Below are positions 56,626 through 64,000 of a stretch of 64,000 nt of DNA, in pieces. The position numbers and the translations under genes are program-made. The first letter of the stretch is position 1, and every line of letters begins with the position of its first letter. The notes below the pieces were generated by a model. The model was not told where the DNA came from, did no database searches, and worked only from the letters and a program-made list of their open reading frames with translations. This DNA comes from Candidatus Latescibacterota bacterium (GTDB taxonomy: Bacteria > Latescibacterota > UBA2968 > UBA8231), in the NCBI GenBank assembly GCA_965203175.1, contig OZ241867.1, positions 3,456,001 to 3,520,000 on the forward strand. The letters are read 5' to 3'.

Positions 56626-57582
56626 ATGGCCGATGCATCGCAGAGCGCTCTGCACGCCGGATCTAGCCTCGAAGAGGGCATTGCCCGCTTTTTGGAATAC
56701 TTGCACAAAGAGCGCAACTGCGCCGAGTACACCCTCAGTTCATATCGCTGCGACTTGCAGCAATTCGCCCGCTTTCTCTACCCGCGAGTCGATAATTTGC
56801 AACTGCCGCTGCGGGCAGTGCAGCGCGAGCAGGTGCAGTCCTTTGTTGCCGACCTAGAAGGAAAGGGCCTCAAAGCTAGCACTGTCGCCCGCAAATTGGC
56901 GGCTCTGCGCTCGCTTTTCCGCTATCTCTGCCGCGAGGGAGCGCTCGGCGCTAATCCGGCTGGTGCAGTGGCATCGCCTTTGGTCGAGCGCGCATTGCCG
57001 AGGCACTTACCCGTAGAGCAGGTCGCCGAGGCCATGGAAGCCCCTTCGACCGAGCGGTTCAGCGGAGTGCGGGATCGTGCCATTCTAGAGGTGTTCTACG
57101 GAGGGGGCATTCGCCTCGGCGAGCTAGTGGGGCTCAACCTCTCGTCGCTGGATCTGGCCGAGGGCACCATCAAGGTGATGGGTAAGGGCCGCAAGGAGCG
57201 CATCGCCCCTATCGGTGCAAAGGCGCAAGAGGCGCTCAAAGCGTACCTACAACGCCGCGCCGAGGTTCTACTCGAATGCGATATGTCCCAAGTAGAAGTC
57301 GGTGCCCTTTTCCTCAACGGACGCGGCAAGCGATTGAGTCGCCGCACCGTGCAGCGCATCGTCGAGCGCCACCTGCAAACAGTGTCGGAAGACGATTCGC
57401 TCAGCCCGCATCGTCTGCGCCACTCCTTTGCTGCCCATCTCCTCGACGCTGGTGCCGATTTGGTGGCCGTCAAGGAGCTCCTTGGCCATGCGACCTTGGC
57501 CGCGACTCAGAGTTACACCGAAGTGAGCTTAGAGCACCTACAAGCCATTTACGCCGAGGCCCACCCGCACGGTGCTGATTAG
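56626..57582 (+). CDS. xerC: Tyrosine recombinase XerC
   Basis: RDRAILE, GKGRKER, SPHRLRHSFA, LLGH, TQSYT; topA-xerC housekeeping context. Confidence 0.88.
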   Translation: MADASQSALHAGSSLEEGIARFLEYLHKERNCAEYTLSSYRCDLQQFARFLYPRVDNLQLPLRAVQREQVQSFVADLEGKGLKASTVARKLAALRSLFRYLCREGALGANPAGAVASPLVERALPRHLPVEQVAEAMEAPSTERFSGVRDRAILEVFYGGGIRLGELVGLNLSSLDLAEGTIKVMGKGRKERIAPIGAKAQEALKAYLQRRAEVLLECDMSQVEVGALFLNGRGKRLSRRTVQRIVERHLQTVSEDDSLSPHRLRHSFAAHLLDAGADLVAVKELLGHATLAATQSYTEVSLEHLQAIYAEAHPHGAD

Positions 57583-59131
57583 CGTCTTGGTCGCGCTGTT
57601 GTTGGGTTGTGCCAAAGTCGGGCCGCCCACCGGAGGGCCGGTGGACAAAGAGCCGCCCCGCATTCTGTCTCACTACCCGGAGAGCGACGCCTTGGAAGTG
57701 ACGCGGGATACCGAAGTAGAAATCGTCTTCAGCGAACCCATGAATCGCGAGCAGACTGAAGCCGCTCTTTTCACATCGCCGGCCGGACCGCTGCAACTGT
57801 CATGGCGTGGCCCGCGGCTGCGCATTGCCATGCCTTTGGCCGAGGAGCGAACTTATGTGCTGACGGTGGGTACCGGGGCGCGAGATCTACGGGGCAATGC
57901 CTTGACGGAATCCTTTACCTTAGCTTTTGCCACCGGCTCACAGCTCGATCAGGGGCTGGTGCGGGGCCGGGTGTACCAAGACCATCAACCTGTGTCCGGT
58001 GTCCACGTTTGGGCCTATGACTTGGGAACCTTTAGCGGAGAGGTAGGTTTGGACGAACCGTCCTATCAGACGCAGAGCGGTGCCGATGGAGGTTATGAGT
58101 TCGCCCGTCTCGCTCCGGGCCACTATCGGGTACTGGCCTTTAGGGATGCCAATCGCAACGCCCTGCCTGACGACGAGTGGTTGGCTCTGCCAGCGTCCTC
58201 TGTGGAAGTAGGGGAGGACGAAGTGCTGGCTGGCGATTTAGCGCTCATGCGGCGACAGATGTCCGCGCCCGTACTCAAGCGGGTCCAAGCCGTACACGCC
58301 GAGCGGCTGATGTTGCTGTTTACTGCGGCCGTGGACCCGCAAGACTTAGACTTGGAGGTCACTGGGCTGGCGGTCGAGTCGCTATATGCGGCCCCGAATG
58401 CAGAGGAAAAAATTTACGTCGAAACGGCCGCGCAGGAGCCGGGCCGGCGCTATCCCGTGCAGCTTGCGCTCGCTGGTGCGCCCTTGCAGTGGGATGTGCC
58501 TGTCCGCGGCAGTGGACGGGCCGACCGCAAGCCACCCTCTTTTGTCGCGCTGGCGCGAAATCAACTGGCTCCAAGGGATGCTTTGGACTTGCTTTTTTCT
58601 GAGGCCATGAAGCCAACTGCGTTGGAAGGGCTTTGGACAGAGAGTGATTCGACGCAAGCACTAGCGGGGGATTGGCTGTGGCCAGCGCCCAACTGCGCCC
58701 GCTTTGCGCCCGCCGAACCGCTGGCACCGGGTGCGTATCGGCTCGCGGGGCCGGCCGCTCGGCTTGCGGATCGGGCTGGCAATGGCCTCGCCGATAGCCT
58801 GCTCGCGCTCTCGTTTACAGTCGGCGCGGAGACTGCGGCAATTCGGGGACAGGTGCAGGCCGGGGAAATGGGTCGCGTCCGGGTCGCGGCCATCAACGAA
58901 GACGAGCGGATGTATTCCGAGTGGGCCGACGAAGAGGGGCAGTTTGCTCTGGACGGCCTGTTGGCTGATACCTACTTATTGTGGGCATTTGTAGATCGCG
59001 ACGGCAACGGCGAGTACGGTAGCGGCTCGCTCAATCCCTTTCGCTATTCCGAGCCTTATGGACGCTATTCCGAGCCGATTGACCTAGACGCGGGCCGAAT
59101 CGTCGCTGAAGTGGAGATTTCATGCCGCTGA
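57572..59131 (+). CDS. Ig-like (Big_5) domain lipoprotein
   Basis: Lipobox LLGC; P.GGP.D.EPP; FSEPM twice; Dx[DN]xNG motifs. Confidence 0.85.
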   Translation: MLISVLVALLLGCAKVGPPTGGPVDKEPPRILSHYPESDALEVTRDTEVEIVFSEPMNREQTEAALFTSPAGPLQLSWRGPRLRIAMPLAEERTYVLTVGTGARDLRGNALTESFTLAFATGSQLDQGLVRGRVYQDHQPVSGVHVWAYDLGTFSGEVGLDEPSYQTQSGADGGYEFARLAPGHYRVLAFRDANRNALPDDEWLALPASSVEVGEDEVLAGDLALMRRQMSAPVLKRVQAVHAERLMLLFTAAVDPQDLDLEVTGLAVESLYAAPNAEEKIYVETAAQEPGRRYPVQLALAGAPLQWDVPVRGSGRADRKPPSFVALARNQLAPRDALDLLFSEAMKPTALEGLWTESDSTQALAGDWLWPAPNCARFAPAEPLAPGAYRLAGPAARLADRAGNGLADSLLALSFTVGAETAAIRGQVQAGEMGRVRVAAINEDERMYSEWADEEGQFALDGLLADTYLLWAFVDRDGNGEYGSGSLNPFRYSEPYGRYSEPIDLDAGRIVAEVEISCR

Positions 59132-59478
59132 GACTGATCGAGTTGACGCTCTTGGTGCTGGTGATCATAGGACTGGGGGTGGTGCACTTTGCTCGCTTGA
59201 CCCCTCATCAGCGGGCCACGATCCAATTGGAGGCGCGGTTGGAACAGCTCTACTTGCTCGAAAAGGCCCACTTTGATAAGCACGACCGCTACTTCGATCC
59301 GAACGACGCAAATATACGGCCCGCCTGGTGGCGGATAGAGGGCTATACGTGGGAGTTCTGGCCCGTCGGCGAGGGTTTTTTGTTGGTGGTGCGGGCCGAC
59401 TTGGACGGGGACGGAGAGATCGGGGCTTGGGCCATGGATGCGGCCCACCCGCAGGTGAGCACCCTCAACCAAGACTGA
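59122..59478 (+). CDS. Small type IV pilin-like protein
   Basis: LIEL followed by a hydrophobic helix, L.QLY..EKAHF, ADLDGDG...W. Confidence 0.6.
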   Translation: MPLRLIELTLLVLVIIGLGVVHFARLTPHQRATIQLEARLEQLYLLEKAHFDKHDRYFDPNDANIRPAWWRIEGYTWEFWPVGEGFLLVVRADLDGDGEIGAWAMDAAHPQVSTLNQD

Positions 59479-59522
59479 GAACAGTAGTACCCGCCGACCG
59501 AGAGGTCGGTGCAATAATCCCG

Positions 59523-60314
59523 TCAGACGGCGATTTCCATGCGGATGGAGGGATGGGGATCGTAGTTGAGTAGTTTGAAGTCGTCGTAGCGAAAGTTGGA
59601 AATCGACTGGCTGCGATTTTTAATGGTCATAACCGGCAGTGACCGGGGGGAGCGGGCGAGTTGTTGGCGCAGCGCGGCGACGTGGTTCTGATAGATGTGG
59701 ACGTCGCCGCCGGTCCAGACGAATTCCCCGGGCTGCAAGCCGCAGACTTGGGCCATCATCATGGTCAGCAGGCTGTAGCTGGCAATGTTGAACGGCACGC
59801 CAAGCCCCACGTCGCAAGAGCGTTGATAGAGCTGGCAGGAAAGCCGGCCGCGAACGACGAAAAACTGGAACAGGCAGTGGCAGGGCATGAGGGCCATTTG
59901 CTGCAACTCGCTGACGTTCCACGCGCTGACGAGGATGCGGCGCGAATCGGGGTTGGTCTTAATCAGATCAATAGCGCCTTGTATTTGGTCGATGGGGCCG
60001 TCTGGGGTTGACCACTCGCGCCACTGCTTGCCGTAGATGGGGCCGAGGTCGCCGTTTTCGTCGGCCCATTCATCCCAGATGCTGACCTTTTCCTTTTGCA
60101 AATAGGCCGTGTTGGTGTCGCCCTTGAGGAACCACAAGAGTTCGTGGATAATGGAGCGCAGATGCAGCTTCTTGGTGGTCAGGCAGGGGAACCCGTCCGC
60201 GAGATCAAAGCGCATCTGATAGCCGAAGATGGCGAGAGTGCCGACGCCCGTGCGGTCTTCTTTGGCCTCGCCGTGATTGAGGCAATGGCTTACTAGATCG
60301 AGGTATTGTCGCAT
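59523..60314 (-). CDS. thyA: Thymidylate synthase
   Basis: [41 protein letters not shown]. Confidence 0.98.
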   Translation of the reverse strand: MRQYLDLVSHCLNHGEAKEDRTGVGTLAIFGYQMRFDLADGFPCLTTKKLHLRSIIHELLWFLKGDTNTAYLQKEKVSIWDEWADENGDLGPIYGKQWREWSTPDGPIDQIQGAIDLIKTNPDSRRILVSAWNVSELQQMALMPCHCLFQFFVVRGRLSCQLYQRSCDVGLGVPFNIASYSLLTMMMAQVCGLQPGEFVWTGGDVHIYQNHVAALRQQLARSPRSLPVMTIKNRSQSISNFRYDDFKLLNYDPHPSIRMEIAV

Positions 60315-60498
60315 GGTAAAAGCTCGTGAGCGTAGCCGACCGCAAAGATGGAAAACGCAGTATAGTAATATTCTTTTATTTTATAAGTTTTTTGTCTCAT
60401 GTCAAAGGCATTGGTGTGGTCGGCTGTGCCCGCGTCGGAGGGGAGGAGTTAGCACGATTCTAACTCGTTCTTGGCGGCGCAATCAGGCGGCGGACAGG

Positions 60499-60527
60499 TT
60501 GACAGGAACTTGCCCGCCGCGTACTTT
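60499..60527 (+). promoter_or_regulatory. sigma70-type promoter of the tRNA pair
   Basis: TTGACA-N17-TACTTT. Confidence 0.75.
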
Positions 60528-60542
60528 CAAACCCCTGTTTGA

Positions 60543-60616
60543 GGCGACGTGGCCAAGTGGTAAGGCAGGGGCCTGCAAAGCCCTTATCCCCGGTTCGATT
60601 CCGGGCGTCGCCTCCA
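60543..60616 (+). tRNA. tRNA-Cys (GCA)
   Basis: GGCGACG acceptor stem, anticodon arm GGGGC-CTGCAAA-GCCCT, GGTTCGATTCC, encoded CCA. Confidence 0.97.
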
Positions 60617-60632
60617 TTTTTTTTGTCTGTGA

Positions 60633-60721
60633 GCCGGGGTGGCGGAATTGGTAGACGCGGTGGACTTAAAATCCACTGTCCGCTTAAGGACGTGCCGGTT
60701 CGAGTCCGGCCCTCGGCACCA
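60633..60721 (+). tRNA. tRNA-Leu (TAA)
   Basis: GCCGGGG acceptor stem, GTGGA-CTTAAAA-TCCAC, long variable arm, GGTTCGAGTCC, encoded CCA. Confidence 0.97.
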
Positions 60722-60742
60722 TGTCCCTTTTACTCCTTCCTA

Positions 60743-61714
60743 CTAATCCAGCAATTCCAGCGCCTGCATTCCAGCGCGAATGTACCCTAAGGCGAAAGCG
60801 CGGCCCCGGTGTCCGTACGGCTCGTCGCCGATTACGCGGGGCGTGTGGTCGGGCGTGATGACCCCGTCGTAGCCGGCGTCGCGATAGGTTTTGAGCGCGG
60901 CGATCATGTTGACGTCGCCCTCGTCGATAAAGACCTCGTCGAACTTGGGGAAGCCGCCGCGCACATTGCGGAAATGCACGTAGAATATCTTGCCCTGTGC
61001 GGCGAAACGGCGCACGGCTGCAATCGTCTCGTCCGGCCCCATCTCGGCCACTGTTCCCTGGCAAAACTCCAATCCATTGCTCGGACTGGGCACGAGGTCA
61101 ATCAACCGCTGCATAGCGTCGTGATTGGTCAAGAGCCGTCCCGTGCCAAAGAGGGTTTCGGCTGGAGGATCGTCTTGGTGGGCGGCAAGTTTGACCCCGG
61201 CGTTTTCGGCGACGGGCACTACTCGTTCGAGAAAATAGGCCAACCGCTCCCACATCTCGGCGACTGAGACCGGCTGGTCGACGATCGGCGGCGCGTCTTG
61301 GACTAAGCTGTAGTCGAAGCTCTTAAGGCCGGCGCCACCGCGTCCACCGCCGCTGTCGTACGCGCGCCAGTGGCCGGAGACGCCGGCCAAACTGAAGTAG
61401 TAGCCAAGGATCGGGATGCCGATTTTCCCCATGTTTTCAATGGAGGTGCACACTTTCGCCAACTGGGCGTCGCGTTCTGGCGTCGCGTGGGTGATGGGGT
61501 GCATGTGGTCGCCGGGCAAATTCTCGATGGCGCACAGTTCCAAGCCGAACGAGTCGATGAATTTTTTCATCCGCAGCAACTCGAAGTAATCGAGTACGCC
61601 CTCGTTGCCGAGGTGGGGGCTGTGAACGACGATGTGCGTGACGCCCATCTGCTGGGCGAATTGCAGGTTTTCTTTGCTGAGTGTGTCGAGGCCGAACTTG
61701 AGACCAAGTTTCAC
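60743..61714 (-). CDS. uxuA: Mannonate dehydratase family protein
   Basis: QMGVTH, GVKLAAHQDDPP, NGLEFCQG, VHFRNV, EVFIDEGD, PDH, AFALGYI; start GTG 61714. Confidence 0.88.
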   Translation of the reverse strand: MKLGLKFGLDTLSKENLQFAQQMGVTHIVVHSPHLGNEGVLDYFELLRMKKFIDSFGLELCAIENLPGDHMHPITHATPERDAQLAKVCTSIENMGKIGIPILGYYFSLAGVSGHWRAYDSGGGRGGAGLKSFDYSLVQDAPPIVDQPVSVAEMWERLAYFLERVVPVAENAGVKLAAHQDDPPAETLFGTGRLLTNHDAMQRLIDLVPSPSNGLEFCQGTVAEMGPDETIAAVRRFAAQGKIFYVHFRNVRGGFPKFDEVFIDEGDVNMIAALKTYRDAGYDGVITPDHTPRVIGDEPYGHRGRAFALGYIRAGMQALELLD

Positions 61715-61801
61715 GGTAGGTTCCCTTTCTAACGAGAATGGTGTCTGCAGAGTACGCACAACGCCTGCGGCAGGCAAATCTCGTCGCGGCCAGCCCCTCC
61801 C

Positions 61802-61830
61802 TTGACGCGCCGTACTTTGGCCGCTACTAT
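61802..61830 (+). promoter_or_regulatory. sigma70-type promoter, probably giving a leaderless mRNA
   Basis: TTGACG-N17-TACTAT, 7 nt before ATG 61838, no SD. Confidence 0.6.
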
Positions 61831-61837
61831 CGGCTGC

Positions 61838-62860
61838 ATGCGAGCCTTTTACCTACACGGTGCCCGCGATTTGCGAGCCGCGGAAATCGAGCGTCCGCAG
61901 ATCGCTGCGGACGAGATCTTAGTGCAGATTCGCGCCACTGGCATCTGCGGTTCGGACCTGCACTACTACATACACGGCAGAAACGGCGATTTCGTCCCAG
62001 AGCGCCCTTTTGTTCTCGGGCATGAGTCGGCCGGGGAAGTAGTCGATGCGGGCGCGTTCGCGGACGTGCTGCCGGTGGGTAGTCGAGTGGCCATTGACCC
62101 GTCCCACCCTTGTCGTACATGTGCCCACTGCCGCCAGGGTCGCTACAACCTTTGCGCGCAGATGCGCTACTTTGGCTCTGCTGCCTGTAGCCCGCCCCAA
62201 GACGGCTCGTTTCGCGAATACGTGCAAGTCCATGCGCACAACTGCCATCCGTTTCCCACTGAGATGGACTATCGCCAAGCGGCCCTGCTCGAACCGCTAT
62301 CCATCGCCGTCCACGGCGTCGGCCAAGCAGGGGGCATCGCTGGCAAGCGCGTACTGGTGACGGGTGCTGGTCCCATTGGCCAGCTCATCGGCTTGGTCGC
62401 TCGGCACTACGGAGCGGCCCATCTCGCCGTCAGCGATATTCGCCAAAGTGCGCTCGACGTGGCGGCGTCGCTGTGGGCCGATCAGCCCGTGAGCGCCGAC
62501 GATTCGGCGGCCATGGCGCGGTCAGCGGGCGCGGGATTCGATGTCGTCATGGAAGCATCCGGTGCTCCGGCTGCCCTGCAAGCCGCGTACGCGCACTGCA
62601 AGGCCGGTGGCACCATTGTGCAGTTGGGCGTTCAGGGCGGCTCGATTGAACTGCCGGTCAACCTGGTCATGCAAAAGGAATTGACCGTCCGCGGATCCTT
62701 CCGCTTTGCCCACGTATTTCCCCAGGCCTTGGACCTGTTGGCGCGGCAGCAACTCGACGTGACTCCCCTCATCTCGCAGTGCGTCGCCTTTCCCGACTTG
62801 GTCGCTGGTTTCGACGCAGCGCTCCAGCCCCAAACCGTCAAGGTAGTGGTTGATTACTAA
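61838..62860 (+). CDS. Zn-dependent dehydrogenase, L-idonate 5-dehydrogenase/sorbitol dehydrogenase-like
   Basis: GICGSDLHYY, LGHE, C..C..C.......C, MRYFGSAA, GAGPIG, GSFRF. Confidence 0.9.
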   Translation: MRAFYLHGARDLRAAEIERPQIAADEILVQIRATGICGSDLHYYIHGRNGDFVPERPFVLGHESAGEVVDAGAFADVLPVGSRVAIDPSHPCRTCAHCRQGRYNLCAQMRYFGSAACSPPQDGSFREYVQVHAHNCHPFPTEMDYRQAALLEPLSIAVHGVGQAGGIAGKRVLVTGAGPIGQLIGLVARHYGAAHLAVSDIRQSALDVAASLWADQPVSADDSAAMARSAGAGFDVVMEASGAPAALQAAYAHCKAGGTIVQLGVQGGSIELPVNLVMQKELTVRGSFRFAHVFPQALDLLARQQLDVTPLISQCVAFPDLVAGFDAALQPQTVKVVVDY

Positions 62861-62931
62861 GCGCACCGCCGCTTGTTGACCGCGCTACATGGGGGCGCTT
62901 TCTTATGTCGCCGACGCCATAGGGAGCCGAT

Positions 62932-63291
62932 ATGCACGAAGCTGTAAAAGACTGGTTGACACAATGCCGCGACAAGCTCCGCACCGAGGCGATTACCGCT
63001 GCGGATCTCGACCGCCTCGGTGAATTGCTCGCCGAACCCCGCCAGCAGATCCTCTACCTCTACGCCAAATCGACCAATATGCGCTCGCCGCTCGCTAGCT
63101 GGGCCTTGTACGACGCTACCCAGCCGCAAATGCCGACCCTGCCCAGCGACGACTCGCCCTACGAATCGGTGCTCGCGGCCGTGGCCGATGGCTGGCGCGT
63201 GGTGCAGTTCCCCATCGTCAAGCTCTACGCGTACGAGGGCCAAGACAACGACTACCTCGGCTATGAGTTCGTGCTCGAAAAATTCGCTTAG
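62932..63291 (+). CDS. Hypothetical protein
   Basis: SD AGGGAG, 119 aa, typical codon usage, 9 nt before the next gene. Confidence 0.7.
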   Translation: MHEAVKDWLTQCRDKLRTEAITAADLDRLGELLAEPRQQILYLYAKSTNMRSPLASWALYDATQPQMPTLPSDDSPYESVLAAVADGWRVVQFPIVKLYAYEGQDNDYLGYEFVLEKFA

Positions 63292-63300
63292 GAGGAACGG

Positions 63301-64000
63301 ATGTCGCCAATTAAACCAACGCTAGACGACGATGGCGTCATGGACTTTGTCGCCTCCGGTTTGGTTGTCCTCGAAAGCGTCATTGACGAGAACTTCAACC
63401 GCTGCTGCGACGATCTCGCCCCCGGCAACTGCGACGCCTTTATCGCCTCGGACGACTTCACCCAGCAGGTACTCCTGCATCCCCAAGTCGCCGGGGTCGC
63501 GCGCTCGCTGTTGGGCGAGGATTTCTTGGTGCCCCGAGGCGGCCACCACCACTTTTTCAAGGAACCGCACCTCGGCCAGACCTGGCATTCAGACGGGCTT
63601 TCGGGCAGCGGCTACGACGTCTTTGAACTCCAGTGCTACTACTACCCGCACAGCGTCGCGCTCGCCGATGGGCCAACTATGGTTCTGCCCGGCTCGCATT
63701 GCCGCGCCGTCGATCGCGAGGCCATCGCCCACTACGGCGATATCCGCGGCCAAGTCTCGCTGACCGTACCGGCTGGCACCGTAGTGCTGACCCGCTATGG
63801 CATCTGGCACAAGGCCGGCCCCAAAACCAACGACCGCGCCCGCAGCATGATCAAGTTCTCCTACCACCGCACGGCCGCGCCACAGCGAGACTGGCTCTGC
63901 GATGCGGCGGAGATTCCCGCCTACCGCGATCGGCTGCGCCTGCCGTATGTGACCGAAGTTGAATCCTACCGCGACCGGGTGCGGCGCATCCGCACTTGGA
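63301..64000 (+). CDS. PhyH-family dioxygenase, partial
   Basis: SD AGGAGG; manual translation MSPIKPTLDDDGVMDFVASG...VARSLLG...WHSDG...GPTMVLPGSH...IWHKAG; runs off the window. Confidence 0.85.
   Translation, partial: MSPIKPTLDDDGVMDFVASGLVVLESVIDENFNRCCDDLAPGNCDAFIASDDFTQQVLLHPQVAGVARSLLGEDFLVPRGGHHHFFKEPHLGQTWHSDGLSGSGYDVFELQCYYYPHSVALADGPTMVLPGSHCRAVDREAIAHYGDIRGQVSLTVPAGTVVLTRYGIWHKAGPKTNDRARSMIKFSYHRTAAPQRDWLCDAAEIPAYRDRLRLPYVTEVESYRDRVRRIRTW

Noticed and set aside
56626-60721. Integrative element defined by a tyrosine recombinase near tRNAs
   Set aside because: The recombinase is XerC-like in the usual topA context; the intervening genes are housekeeping and no tRNA 3' duplication was seen.
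1-64000. CRISPR array, IS elements, rRNA, stop-codon recoding
   Set aside because: No regularly spaced repeats, transposases or rRNA sequence were seen. Conserved genes are full length under the standard code. Recurrent GACTACGACAACGATGG-like strings are coding FG-GAP repeats.

Overview
Bacterial chromosomal window. The gene content (DUF6785-type membrane protein, several CRTAC1/ASPIC-UnbV and PhyH genes, FlgD-Ig-tailed and WGxIK-tailed secreted proteins, ExbBD-TonB, Omp85 barrels) suggests a diderm of the Latescibacterota/Poribacteria type; this placement is inference. Region ~1-22,000 is a visibly less GC-rich, almost entirely minus-strand cassette of exported proteins. It holds three CRTAC1/FG-GAP proteins, a TPR protein, a CBM9/DOMON-like protein with a C-terminal 'TAVESDSWGDIKASF' tail, three tandem paralogues with discoidin-like modules and an 'FTPNGDxxND' FlgD-Ig/CHU_C-like C-terminal domain, a 902-aa probable outer-membrane barrel with Asp/Asn-rich loops, and a two-domain parvulin lipoprotein. 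This is the best candidate for an undescribed export/surface-assembly system. Region ~22,100-31,100 is a catabolic block (Gfo/Idh/MocA, amidohydrolase, PhyH, unknown 606-aa enzyme, CBM9) plus a metallopeptidase-PD40-Omp85 fusion. Region ~31,100-60,700 is housekeeping: pgsA-like, recN, xseBA, ymdB, rny with altered metal ligands, zapAB, pheTS, rplT, rpmI, surE, Omp85, accD, TPR-exbB-exbD-exbD-tonB, nrdR-nrdJ with an NrdR box, MBL hydrolase, map, topA, xerC, Ig-like lipoprotein, pilin-like gene, thyA, tRNA-Cys, tRNA-Leu. The window ends with uxuA, an idonate-type dehydrogenase, a small hypothetical gene and a partial PhyH gene. No CRISPR array, IS element, prophage or rRNA was seen. All family calls come from motif recognition, not database searches.
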